The notes beneath the pieces are model-generated. The model was not told the origin of the DNA. It worked only from the letters and a program-made list of their open reading frames with translations, and searched no databases. The translations under genes were made by a program, and so were the position numbers. A stretch of DNA of 64,000 nucleotides from Malacoraja senta (lineage: Eukaryota), in the NCBI GenBank assembly GCA_038087875.1, contig CM075992.1:9922001-9986000 (forward strand), in the 5' to 3' direction. The stretch's first letter is position 1, and each line of letters begins with the position of its first letter. This document shows, piece by piece, positions 48,455 through 60,980 of this stretch.

Positions 48455-49124
48455 GAAAGGAACTGCAGATGCTGGTTTACACCAAAGCCAAAAAATGTTG
48501 GAGTAACTCAGTGGGACAGGCAGCATCTCTGGAGAAAAGGCATGGGTGACGTTTTGGATCGAGACCCATCTTCAGACTGAGAGTCAGGGGAGAAGGAAAC
48601 TGGAGATGTGGAAGGTAAGGTGTGAAAACACATATCAAAGGAGGTGTCAATGATCATGTAGAAAATTTCATTGTTAGTCGAGGGGAAGGTGACAACGAGG
48701 CATACAATCAGTAAAATTAATCAGGAGGACAGAGGGACAGAGAGAAAGGAAGGGTTACTTGAAGTAAGAGAAATCAATATTGGAGAAACAGCATCTCATA
48801 TTTTGCTTGGGCAGCTTGCACCCCAGCGGTATGAATATTGATATATCCCAGTTTTCCGACCAGTCTGACAGTCCCCCTGAATAAATGTTATGTTTGCTTT
48901 GTTCTCACTTTCGCCTAGATAACAATGATCACTTCTACTTTTTTTTGGATCTGTTTTCACACCTTACCCTTCCTTATCTCTGTAACTCCCTCTCCTCTGA
49001 CTCGCAGTTTGAAGAAGGGTCTCGACTAGAAACGCCACCCATTCCTTCTCTCCAGAGATGCTGCCTGTCCCGCTGAGTTACTCCAGCATTTTGTGTCTAT
49101 CTTAATGTAAACCAGCATCTGCAG
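48455..49124. mobile_element. Penelope-derived segment with inverted terminal-repeat copies
   Basis: 48455-48600 (-) and 48980-49124 (+) are inverted copies of the PLE end; 48780-48845 encodes the EKQHLIFCLGSLHPSGMNID motif. Confidence 0.75.
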
Positions 49125-49139
49125 GTCAATCTTCACCAG

Positions 49140-49560
49140 GACATGCGGGGTGAGGACGAGCGGACTTCCGGCGCGGCGGGCGGGCGGCCATGTTGGTGAG
49201 GGCGTGACCTCTGGCCCGGAAGTGCAGGTGGTTTGTGTACACTGGAGGGAAGATGGCGGAGGGCGCGGAGTCGGTCGCTGGGCCCGAGGCAGAGGCGGGC
49301 TCCGGTCCGGCGGAGCCCGGCCACGCCGCAGCCAAGGCGTCCAAGAGGGGCCGCGGGCGGCCGAGGCTGAGCGATAGCGACCGCATGCGGCAGCGGGTCA
49401 ACAGCCGCAAGAAGTACGACAACCGGCGCATCTACATCGGCGAGTCGTTCGCGGTGTGGGCGGCGCTGCGGGAGCGCTACGGCTGGTCCGACAAGCGGTT
49501 GGCGGAGCATCTGGTGCAGCTGGAGCAGCGGCCGAGGTGAGGGCGTCCGGCCTGGCCATG
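49140..49560. promoter_or_regulatory. CpG-island promoter of the ZNF653-like gene
   Basis: Very high CpG density. ETS/GABP sites ACTTCCGG (49164-49171) and CCGGAAGTG (49216-49224); YY1-like GCGGCCATGTTG (49184-49195) and AAGATGGCGG (49250-49259). Confidence 0.85.
49253..49536 (+). CDS. ZNF653: ZNF653-like protein, coding exon 1 (AT-hook plus conserved N-terminal domain)
   Basis: MAEG..KRGRGRPRLSDSDRMRQRVNSRKKYDNRRIYIGESFAVWAALRERYGWSDKRLAEHLVQLE resembles the recalled ZNF653 N-terminus (RGRPRL..SRKKYD.RR.Y.GE..GWSD..LA). Kozak AAGATGG; donor AG|GTGAGG (phase 2). Orthologue versus paralogue is unresolved. Confidence 0.85.
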
Positions 49561-50165
49561 CCCCGCCCCCTAGTCCCTGACCCCGCCCCCTGGTCTCTGA
49601 CTCCGCCCCTGGTCCCTGACTCCGCCCCTGGTCCCTGACTCCGCCCCCGGGTCTCTGACTCCGCCCCTGGTCCCTGACTCCGCCCCCTAGTCCCCAGCAG
49701 TGACCCCTCCCCCAGCACTGACCCCTCCCCCAGCACTGACCCCTACCCCAGCATTGACCCCTCCCTCAGTGCTGTCCCCGCCACACGGCACTGACCCCTC
49801 CCCACGGCACTGAACCTTCCCCACGGCACTGACCCCTCCACACGGCGCTGACCCCTCCCTACGGCACCCACCTCTCCCCACAGCCCTGACCCCATCACAC
49901 GGCCCTGACCCCTCCCCCAGCCTTGACCCCTCCCCAGGACACTGACCCCGCCCCTCGGCGCTGACCCCCCCCCCAGCACTGACCCCGCCCCAGGACACTG
50001 ACCCCTCCCCAGGACACTGACCCCTCCATCAGCACTGACCCATCCCTACGGCGCTTAATCTACCCCACGGCGCTGACCCATCCCCACAGCGCTGACCCAT
50101 CCCCACAGCGCTGTCCACTCCCCACAGCACTGACCCCTCCCCATGACGCTGACCCCTCCCTCAAG
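49560..50165. repeat. C-rich 18-19-bp minisatellite at the start of intron 1
   Basis: CCCTGACTCCGCCCCTGGT then GCACTGACCCCTCCCCCA units. Confidence 0.9.
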
Positions 50166-50319
50166 TGCTGACAGCTCCCCCCCCCCCCAGTGCTGCCTCC
50201 ACTTCCTTCTCTCCACTTCCCCAGGAGTACCAACTCAGCATCCGGTCCCCAGCTCTGCCAATTCCTACCCCTGGACACTCGCAAACCTGCCAGAGATTTC
50301 TTATCCTCTGAATGAAGAC

Positions 50320-50565
50320 TCTCTCACCCAGAGAGTTGCGAATCTGTGGAATTCTCTGCCTCAGAAGGCAGTGGAGGCCGATTCACTGGATGCATTCAAA
50401 AGAGAGTTAGATAGAGATCTTGGGGCTAGTGGAATCAAGGGCTTTGGGGAGAAGTCAGGAACGGGGTACTGATTGTGGATGATCAGCCATCATCACATTG
50501 AATGGTGGTGCTGGCTCAAAGGGGCAAATAGCGTACTTCTGCACCTATTTACTATGTTTCTATGT
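50320..50565 (+). mobile_element. CR1 3' end
   Basis: TQRVANLWNSLPQKAVEA..GEKSGTGY plus tail. Confidence 0.9.
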
Positions 50566-52078
50566 TAGCTCTCCCTGTTCCATCCTCAAAGAATTTGAGC
50601 AAATATCTCGAACATGATTCATCCAACTGAAGTTTCCAGTAAGATTAAATGGAATGTTGGGAATGGGTGCGTTAGATTAAAAGGCATTTAGGAAATGGGA
50701 CCCCAGTAAATGTAAAGAGATTGTGGGGAATATATTTACAGAGTGTGGGAAATGGGCACCAATAAGTTTAAAGGGAGTGTGGGTACTGGGCCCTGATGAG
50801 GGTAAAGGGAGCATGGAAAACAGGGCCCTGGTGAGTTTAAATAAAATGAGTCCCAGTGAGTTTAAGTAGGGCATAGGAATCCTGAGCCCCATGAACTTTA
50901 TGGGATTGCAGGGAACATTTCCCAGTCAGCCAGATACCAAATCATTGGGATTTCCAAATAATCTGATGGGGGATTATTGGAATTTTACTGTAATCTTTCT
51001 TTAAATACCCCCAACAATCTAGCCTCTACAATCCTTTGGGTTATAGTCTTGAGATTACATCCTCTGTGAGAAGAACTATGCACCTCTGTTTTAATTAAAC
51101 CCACCCCCCCCCCCTCCAATAGTGTAACTATACTCTTGCCGGCCAAACCCTTCCGAACCCCTGCCCATTCCCTTGGACTGTTTATGGCTACCTGAGAAGC
51201 TGATCGTACAGTGTAGGAAGGAATTACAGATGCTGGTTGAAATCGAAGATAAACGTAAAAAGCTGGAGTAACTCAGCGGGACAGGCAGTGTCTATGGAGA
51301 GAAGGAATTGGTGTTTTGAGTCGAGTCTGTTAACAGGTCTCGACCCGAAACATCAACCATTCCTTCTCTCAAGAGATGCTGTTCGTCCTGCTGTGTTAAT
51401 GTGGCGCCTAGACTAAGTGAGGTGACCGATCTCGACCGCATCAGCGGCGATCGGCAGGTCGAATTTGTCCCAGGCGTTCGGACTCTGGAACTGGACTGGC
51501 TGGAACTGGCAGGTCTGTTCTCAGAGCTGACTTCCGCGGCCAATCGGTGAATCAAATTTGCCGCCTGCGCCAGGGGCTCTGGAACTCTGGCATGGCCTGA
51601 GTCAGCAGATCTTCCCACAGCCGACTTCTGCAGCCGACTTAGTGTTTCTTGACCCCTGAAGGCCGTGACCTCTGTTGGCCCAGAAAAAAAGGGAAAATAT
51701 GGCAAGGCCGTGGATCAAAGGCTGCCGGAAAATCGGTGGTGCACCTGTACTGTCTTGTTTCTTACAACGTTGCACTGCCATGCTGCTGAGCAAGAGTATC
51801 AGCTGAGGTCAATCCACAAAATCTAGGCTGACACTATTGAATTTCCCTGCCTTCAATAACTGTTTCCACTTTAAGTAATTGATTATTTCTGAGTCAGTTT
51901 TAAGTTTGTCTTGGAATTATTCACAAGTCTATTCTGTGTTTTCATCACCTTGGCAACACCCTGTGACCAAGAAAAGCTTGGTGCTTATTTTTGTTGTATT
52001 GCCACTGGATGACATGTGCTTTCTGCATCGTCTTTTAGTTGTGTTCTGATCTTTACGCCTCATGCACCAATATAATCA

Positions 52079-53190
52079 GTATTGATGTGGATAGAGAACT
52101 GGCTGGCAAACAGGAAGCAAAGAGTAGGAGTAAACGGGTCCTTTTCACAATGGCAAGCAGTGACTAGTGGGGTACCGCAAGGCTCAGTGCTGGGACCCCA
52201 GCTATTTACAATTTATATTAATGATCTGGACGAGGGAATTGAAAGCAACATCTCCAAGTTTGCGGATGACACTAAGCTGGGGGGCAGTGTTAGCTGTGAG
52301 GAGGATGCTAGGAGACTGCAAGGTGACTTGGATAGGCTGGGTGAGTGGGCAAATGTTTGGCAGATGCAGTATAATGTGGATAAATGTGAGGTTATCCACT
52401 TTGGTGGCAAAAACGGGAAGGCAGACTATTATCTAAATGGTGGCCGATTAGGAAATGGGGAGATGCAGCGAGACCTGGGTGTCATGGTACACCAGTCATT
52501 GAAAGTAGGCATGCAGGTGCAGCAGGCAGTGAAGAAAGCGAATGGTATGTTGGCCTTCATAGCAAGAGGATTTGAGTATAGGAGCAGGGAGGTTCTACTG
52601 CAGTTGTACAGGGTCTTGGTGAGACCACACCTGGAGTATTGCGTACAGTTTTGGTCTCCAAATCTGAGGAAGGACATTATAGCCATAGAGGGAGTGCAGA
52701 GAAGGTTCACCAGACTGATTCCTGGGATGTCAGGACTTTCATATGAAGAAAGACTGGATAGACTTGGCTTATACTCGCTAGAATTTAGGAGATTGAGAGG
52801 GGATCTTATAGAAACGTACAAAATTCTTATGGGGTTGGACAGGCTAGATGCAGGAAGATTGTTCCCGATGTTGGGGAAGTCCAGGACAAGGGGTCACAGC
52901 TTAAGGATAAGGGGGAAATCCTTTAAGACCGAGATGAGGAAAAACTTTTTCACACAGAGAGTGGTGAATCTCTGGAACTCTCTGCCACAGAGGGTAGTTG
53001 AGGCCAGTTCATTGGCTATATTTAAGAGGGAGTTAGATGTGGCCCTTGTGGCTAAAGGGATCAGGGGGTATGGAGAGAAGGCAGGTACGGGATACTGAGT
53101 TGGATGATCAGCCATGATCATATTTAATGGCGGTGCAGGCTCGAAGGGCCGAATGGCCTACTCCTGCACCTATTTTCTATGTATCTATGT
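52079..53190 (+). mobile_element. Young 5'-truncated CR1/HER1 LINE with uninterrupted 338-aa RT/C-terminal ORF (intron 1)
   Basis: ORF 52082-53098: GVPQGSVLGP, FADDTKL, LVRPHLEYCVQFWSP; tail CTATGTATCTATG; TATAATCA direct repeat at 52071-52078 and 53190-53197. Confidence 0.95.
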
Positions 53191-53607
53191 ATAATCAAAT
53201 ATAATCAAATTGTATGCATCAATGTTCATGCAATTTAAGTACTATTCTATATAAACTGCTATGCTTTTAGCATGAGCATTTATCAGATTCATATGTTAAG
53301 TCGAGTTTATTGTCATGTGCACAGGTACGATCAGGGACAATGAAAACGTTGCTTACAGCAGCACATACTCAGAAAACACACAAACATACATTATACATAA
53401 GTTATACAAGACAGTGAAACGGTAAAACACTTCAAAAACAAGATATTGGTGCAAAATACAATAAGGAAAAGTCCATGGTAGTGCAAGTGGTGGTCGGTAG
53501 TGTTCTGTTGCAGAGGTAGGTTTAGAGTTGAGCATGCATGTTCAAGAACCTGAAGGTTGTAGGAAAGTAGTAGTTCCCGAATCTGGTGGTGTGGGACTTT
53601 GGGAAGT

Positions 53608-53635
53608 CTGAAGAAGGGTCTCGACCCGAAACGTC
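53608..53635 (+). ncRNA. Minimal hammerhead-ribozyme-like motif (PLE repeat)
   Basis: CTGAAGA-A-GGGTC-TC-GACCC-GAAA-CGTC, perfect core and stem II. Confidence 0.6.
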
Positions 53636-54235
53636 ACCCATTTAAGACTTTTTGCCTTCCATCACAGTGAGGAGGTGCCTGGAGTCACTGTGATGGATGT
53701 TAAACTGTGTTCATTGTGTGTTCTGTTACTTTATTTTCTGTCATGGCTGTAAGGTACGCAATTTCCTTCAAACTAATAAATGAAGGTATTCATAATTCAA
53801 CTTCAAATTCCTTCTCTCCCGAGACACTCCAGCATTTTGTGTCTATGCTGCCTGTCCTGCTGAGTTACTTCAGCATTTTGAGTCTATGGGACTTCAGAGA
53901 ATTTCACACAGTATTTTGATTGGTGAATGGTTCCCTCATATCGAGTCTTCAATGGTTGTTTTAGTTTCTCCTGTTGGAGCTCTGGTCTGGTTCTGCGGCT
54001 GCTGTTACGCTGCATCCTCTGTTATCTGACCATTGATTTCTCTCAAACATCTTCAGGAGCCTCCCTCAGAGAGGACTGATTCCTATCTTATGTTACACTT
54101 TCTTTGAATTTAGCTCAGGATCAAAGTTATGGAAGCTTTTGGATGACTACAGTATTTTCTTGGTGTCATTGTTGAATTCTAGCTGTGTCAGCTTGCAAAA
54201 TTCTATTTGTCTGTGGTATGTTTCTGTGCGTGCTT

Positions 54236-54561
54236 TAGTTTTAGGTTTAGAGATACAGCGTCCTTTGGTTAACCCAGTCCACGTCAACCAATGATCAACC
54301 GTAAGCTAGTTCTATCCTACACACTAGGGACAATTTTCAGAAGTCAAACTAAACTACACACACTAGGGACGATTTACAATTTTACCAAAGACAATTAAGC
54401 TACAAACCTGCACGTCTTTGGAGTATGGGAGGAAACTGGAACACCCGGAGAACGCCCACGCAGTCACAGAGAAAATGTCCATACAGACAGCACCCATAGT
54501 CAGGATCAAACCTTGGTCTCTGGTACTGTAAGGTAGCAACTCTACCACTGCGCCACTGTGC
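54236..54561 (-). mobile_element. HE1-like SINE
   Basis: Reverse complement of the consensus, with a short internal duplication (ACACACTAGGGAC). Confidence 0.85.
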
Positions 54562-56051
54562 ATGTCTTTCCCAGAACATATGCCTCCTTTACAGAATTCT
54601 AAACATAAACAGCAATTGTAGCCCTTCTCTGCAGAAATCCAGTTTCAGGCAAAATGACATTTAAAAATTGATACAACTTGCTCAGAGTCTTCATACCATC
54701 ACTTGCAGTTATTCTTACGTTAATGTACTTGTTGCATTATGTGGCATTATGTGGAAGAGATAGTTAGATATAGCTCTTAGGGCTAACAGAATCAAGGGAT
54801 TATGGGGTGAAAGCAGGAAAGGGGTATTGATTTTTGATGATCAACCATGATCATATTGAATGGCTGTGCTGGCTCCTAGGGCCGAATGGCCTACTCCTAC
54901 ACCTATTTTCAATGTTTAACATAATGCACAATCTGTCCTGATATAAAATTAAAACTGAATCTCAAATAATCCTTACACCAGCAGACGCCAAGAATACATC
55001 TCTGTCTTTAAATAAAAATATGCAGAAAATAGTGGAAAAAGACTGCAGTTCAAACAGCAACTGTAGCATGAACCAGAATCAAAGTTTCATGTTAAACCTG
55101 GCCCAAACCAAATGCATCGGTGTTGGTTGGGTACCTAGACTTTAACTTATTTAAAATGATTGCATTCATTGACAGCATGTAGCAAACTGAGCCAAATCTG
55201 GACACTTAAAGAATTTTTAATACTCTATCATCCCAAGCCTCCCAGGTGCAGTTGCGGCCTTCAAAGCGTGGGTCAGTTAGTCAGGTTCTAAAAGTTATGA
55301 TTATTTCATAATCGCAAGTTGGCAACATATTTGTGCCATCCAAACAAAAAACTCGAAGCTGCCAGGTGCTGGCAATGTATTACTGCAGTGATGCTAGATG
55401 GCCTACATCTCTTTCAGACACCAGTGCACATGGAGTAAAAGATACATAGAAGAAAGCAGATGTTTCATAAGCACTGTCTGCATAATGCAGCCAAACCATA
55501 CTTAGCCTGATAATCTTTCCAATTAGGGAGGTGAAGGATTGTCATTTTCTGTTTAGATTCATCTTCAGACAGTGAATGTCTGGTGATGTTGTTGAGGTCC
55601 CCTGGTGTTCTTGGATACATTTAAAAAAATTACCTTGTATGTATTTAACTATTTTCATGTTCTTCATCTTTCCCATTTTTAATAAAATGCTTTTATTCAA
55701 CAGTTGGAATATTTTAGTCTTTGAATACAATCGGCTTATGAGTTAGGATTGAGTGATTCAGAGAGGAGCTGCATACTGTGTACAATTTACTCCAGTATTG
55801 TTATTGTACATATGTGAATCTCTTAAGGCAGTCCTTTGAAATCAATAATAATTATTTACCTTCCAGTTCTGAGGTGACTGATGAGGCCAATGTGGGACTG
55901 ATATTCCTGTCCTTCTAGGAAAGCAGAGGTTCAGAGGTTTTGAGGATTATTGAAGAGGCTGCAGTGAATTTTGGCAGTGCACTTTGCAGATAGTCCATAC
56001 TGCAGCTTGGTGCTCAGTGTTAGAAGAAACACTGAGCACCATAAGAAGGTA

Positions 56052-56378
56052 GGGCGGCACGGTGGCGCAGCGGTAGAGTTGCTGCCTTACAGCTCTTGCA
56101 GCGCCAGAGACCTGGGTTCGATCCGGCCTACGGGTGCTGCCTGTACGGAGTTTTATATGTTCTCCCTGTGACCGCGCGAGCTTCGGTTTCCTCCCACATT
56201 CCAAAGACATACAGGTTTGTAGGATAATTGGCTTGGGTTTGTATACTTGGTATAAGTGTAAATTGTCCCTAGTGTGTGTAGGCTTGTATTAATGTGTGGG
56301 AGATCGCTTGTCGGCACGGACTCAGTGGGTCGAAGGGCCTGTTTCCACGCTGTGTCTCTAAAGTAAACTAAACTAAAT
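56052..56378 (+). mobile_element. HE1-like SINE
   Basis: GGGCGGCACGGTGGCGCAGCGGTAGAG..(TAAAC)n. Confidence 0.9.
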
Positions 56379-56890
56379 CTTGCTATTGAGGGAGTGCAGC
56401 GTCGGTTCACGAGGTTAACTCCCGGGATGGCGGGACTGTCATATGTTGATAGAATGGAGCGGCTGGGCTTGTATACTCTGGAATTTAGAAGGATGAGAGG
56501 GGATTTTATTGAAACATATAAGATTATTAAGGGTTTGGACACGCTACATGCAGGAAACATGTTCCTGATGTCGGGGGAGTCCAGAACCAGGGGCCACAGT
56601 TTAAGAATAAGGGGTAAGCCATTTAGAATGGCGATGAGGAAAAACTTTTTCACAAAATGTGAAATGTGAATCTGTGGAATTCTCTGCCTCAGAAGGCAGT
56701 GGAGGCCAATTCTCTGTATGCTTTCAAGAGAGAGTTGGATAGAGCTCTTAAAGATAGAGGAGCGAGGGGATATGGGGGAAAGGCAGGAATGGGGTACTGA
56801 GTGTGGATGATCAGCCATGATCACAGTGAATGGCGGTGCTGGCTCGAAGTGCTGAATGGCCTACTCCTGCACCTATTGTCTATTGTCTAT
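56379..56890 (+). mobile_element. CR1 3' fragment
   Basis: ORF 56394-56669: QRRFTRLTPGMAGLSY..; (CTATTGT)n tail. Confidence 0.9.
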
Positions 56891-57583
56891 AATATCCAAG
56901 GCTACCATTCAACTGGATACTTTGTCTTGATTGTGTTAGGTTTCTTGAAGGTTAATCGAATTGCCCTCATCCAGGAAATTAGACAGTGTGTTATCATACT
57001 CGTGCCTTGTAGATGTTGCAAAGGCCCAGGAGAGTCACAAATTGTACCCCTTGCCACCTAATGAACAGCTTGTGGCTTGCTCTCACAGCCACAGTAGTTA
57101 AATGACCAATGGAAGTACATTTCAAGTTAATGGCGACCAACAATAAAGGTGTTCATGGTGGGGGACAGTGTAATAGTGATGCTCTTACATAACAAGGGTA
57201 GGTGCTTAGACGATCTCTTGTTCAAAATGGCTGCAGAATACGTTACAATACTCACCAAAAATTAGTGAAGTAGGGCATAATTTAAAAATGTATATGCAGA
57301 TTCTGTGAGTGTTGTTCTATCATGCACTTTGTGTAAGGCCTCATCATGACATAAAACAACACTTTGGATTCCTGATACTGTAAATCATGAAGAAGGTCTG
57401 AAGAAAGGTCTCGACCCGAAACATTATCCATTCCTTCTTTCCAGAGATGCTGCCTGTCCTGCTGAGTTACTCCAGCTTTTTCTGTCTATATACTGCAAAA
57501 CCAATTGTCTTGACTTTTGTACCAACTTTTGAAGAATAGCAAAGCATGAATTGCTCTCCTCATGATTTTATTATATATTACAG

Positions 57584-57633
57584 CAAATCTGGAGCAGAAC
57601 ACCAGAACTCGAAAATTAATTCCTCACATAAAG
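57584..57633 (+). CDS. ZNF653: ZNF653-like coding exon 2 (50 nt; S-KSGAEHQNSKINSSHK)
   Basis: Acceptor TTACAG|, donor AAG|GTAAGT. Phase 2 in and phase 1 out exactly bridge exon 1 (..AG+C=Ser) and exon 3 (G+TA=Val) without stops. Confidence 0.7.
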
Positions 57634-58225
57634 GTAAGTCTGCTGATCAATTGGCTGAGGATGTTCTGTATTAATAACTCAGGAGTTACTTAGAGTGGGG
57701 TTTACAGCAGTAGAGTGCTGGTAAGGGCGGTGGAGGCCATTTCTCTGAATACTTTCAAGAGAGAGCTAGATAGGGCTCTTAAAGATAGCGGAGTCAGGTG
57801 ATATGGTTCGAAGGGCCAAATGGCCTACTCCTGCACCTATTGTCTATTGTCTATAAGACAGTGAATTTTTTCTGTTGTAGTCAAAATGTTGGAGTGAGTT
57901 TAAAGTGAGAAGACAATTTGATGTTTTTTTTAACTTTTGATGGTGAATACATGCAACCAGCTTTCCTTCTCCATTACAACAATTCTAATCTGTATTTTCT
58001 AATAGATTGAGGATGGTTCTGTGCTGTCCTGGGATTGTTCATACACAGACAGGTTGTTATGAGTGGACATGGGATTTTCCAGGTTTCCTGTGATAGTTTG
58101 TCTCTGCTGCAGTTTTGCTGGCTCCCTGCATGTCACTCCCATTTCAACCAGTAATGGGTGGAAATTACATGGCCATGTAATTATTTTTTATTTAGATTTG
58201 GACAGTATGGTGTAATTACACCCGT

Positions 58226-58253
58226 CTGAAGAAGGGTCTTGACCCGAAACGTC
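58226..58253 (+). ncRNA. Minimal hammerhead-ribozyme-like motif (PLE repeat)
   Basis: CTGAAGA-A-GGGTC-TT-GACCC-GAAA-CGTC. Confidence 0.55.
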
Positions 58254-60980
58254 ACCCATTCTCTCTCGAGAGAGATGCTGCCTGTCCCGCTGAGTTACTC
58301 CAGCATTTTGTGTCTACTTTTGATTTAAACCAGCATCTGCCGCTCTTTCCTACACATGGTATAGTTACAAATGCATACTTTGATACTTGGTGGTGATCCA
58401 GTTCCAGTCATTTGTAGGTTAGCAACGTTCAGTGTTGAACGACATTGGTGAACTTAATTGCGGTCAGTAGATGAGAGGACATAGCGACTTTTGCTGGGTC
58501 AGAAACTCTGTTCCACAGCAACACAGTGAATCTTTTGTTATCGATGTTGTAATGCAACAAGTTATTTTCAGCCAGGTAATGAACATCAAAAAACCCCCCT
58601 GCAAATGCTGGATATTTAAAACAAAAAGAGGAAAAAAATTTAAAAGAAAATGCTGAGTCAAAAACAGCATCAAATTGTCTTCTCACTTTAAACTCACTCC
58701 AACATTTTGTAACAGAAAACATTTGCAGCAGACAGAGAGAGAGAATTAATGTTTTAGATCAAAGACGCCTTATCAGAACAGGAAAGGAAGATTTCCACCA
58801 TTTTCCTTTTTCCGTTCTTAACCCATAGGTTTACTGCCAGTGGAGCCCATTTAAAATCCAGGCAACTATCAAATGAAACTGTCGGAATCGAATGTGTAGG
58901 ACATCCATGCTTTCCAGTCCAGTGATCCCAGATACTGGCTATATATTTAGCTAATTCCCCATGGTTGCTGAGGGAAGGCTATGAACAATTACAAAGAACA
59001 TTTGCCATGGTTATTTCTGCCAAAATTGTGAATCTTCTTTGTAACACAGGCCAAAGAAATCTGGCCCTGTGCAGAATGATGGGGTTAATTTTCACTGACC
59101 CTGGGTGCTTTTTCATTTAATCTATTTTTCCATTCACTTCTTGAAGCTTTCATGTTGGTGGATTGCAGTCTTATTGCTTAATACAATTTGAATTGACTCA
59201 AAAGTCATAACTGACTAATTGTGTTTCTACAAAGTTGATTTTGTGGTTTAACAGTTACTTTGTGTGGCATTATGTAATAGATTTTTTGCTGCATAGCTGC
59301 AATTTTCCCACGTTGTGGAATTCTCAATCCGTAATAAGACCCAAGGACTCAAATCATTAACCATCAGTTGTTTTAATTTACTTGAACAAGATGAGATGTG
59401 TCTCAGTCAAAGACTGATCACATCTCCAATGTTAGTAGCCACAACAGGATATTTATACACCAAGAAAACGATTTTTGATCAAGTAGATCAATGTGTTAAT
59501 CACATTGCTGAGTTTGCATTAATTACCCAGGTTGTACAATATTGTGTCAAGCATCCCATTAGGCTTTGCGACACTAAAGGTTTTACTTCTACATAACTCA
59601 TGACGATGGGAGCCAAGAAAACCAATTTCTTTAAATTGTGACATGGGATGGGTTAGTGTGCTCAGAATTCTTACCTTGTATTACCCCTTGTTAAGTGTAT
59701 TAGGTTGTTTCAAAAGTTTGGATATGGCATTGGATTTTAATTATTCAATTTAGCTTGAATGAAAATATGGAAAATAATTGGGGGAAAAAATTGGTGATAA
59801 TTAGAAACCACAGATGTTGCTTGACCTGCTGAGTGTTTCCAGATTTTTTTTAAATTATGCAAGATACTTAATAACTTAAAGCTTTCACACTGAAAGATCT
59901 GGTGAGTGCTGGTGTAGAAACTTGTAATATGTTGACACTGTGTACAAACTTTGCACACTTCTGGTCAAATGGCAGCATTTTGAGATTAAAGCTGCTATCT
60001 CATTTAACCAAGGATTTATTGGGGTGATGCAGAGTTGCAATACATAGATCAGAAATTCTGCGTCAAATCCCTTATCTGTTCACAGTTATTTAAATTCTGT
60101 GCTGATGAACATCGGTTTTCCTGAGGGTAATCACAAAATGCTGGAGTAACACAGGCAGCATCTCTGGAGAGAACCTTCTTCAGACAGAGTTTTCCTGAGG
60201 ATCTTTATACTCAAAAAATGAGAAATCAGATGATGAAATAAAAGCAGAAAATATTGGAGATATGCAAAGGATAAAGCAATATCTGTGGAAATAGATTAAA
60301 TATTTCTGGTTCTAAACCCATAGGAAGAGCTCTCTTCACAGATGCTGCCTTAATTGCTGAGTGTTTTGAGCATTTTCTGTATTTTATTATTTCATCACAC
60401 AGGTTATTGATTTAAATCAGCATTTATTCTCATTGAGTCCAACTCAAGGACAAGATTGTGATGGGTAAACTACCAGGAGAGGAAAGGTACAGCAACAAGT
60501 GACCAAAGCCTGTAGATGTGTTATATGAGCTGCCATGATTTACAGTGATAATGCACTGCCAAAATCATTGAACAGGATCCAGTCTTGGAGGACAAAAGAG
60601 CAAATCCAATACAACACACTGGTGCTGTGATAAATCATGATTTGGGCCACGTTCCAGAGAGGGAAGGTAAATAGTTTTCAGTGTCTAAACCATGTAGACC
60701 CTGTTTTTGACCAATTTGGAGACTAAAAGGATTACAGATCGTGGGTATTGTAGCTTAACCCCATTGCATCATGAGGTCATCCTAATGTCTTTGTTAGCTG
60801 TAACTTACTGCCAAAGACTGCATGTCACACCTGGCAGAACTTCTCTCAGGTGGGTGAGGGTAGTACTAGCTTCCCATCCAATTTCTGAAAATGTTGTATA
60901 TCGGAATAAAATAATAATGGTCTGAGCAACCTCACAGGAACGTTCACACTGTTAAGTTGACTTCTCTGGTTTGCCCACAG

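Noticed and set aside
49126..49510. Antisense ORFs over exon 1
   Set aside because: Expected shadow ORFs of GC-rich coding sequence.
52082..53098. Host gene or domesticated RT (338 aa)
   Set aside because: 5'-truncated CR1 ORF2 with LINE tail and TSD; lacks the N-terminal RT motifs and endonuclease.
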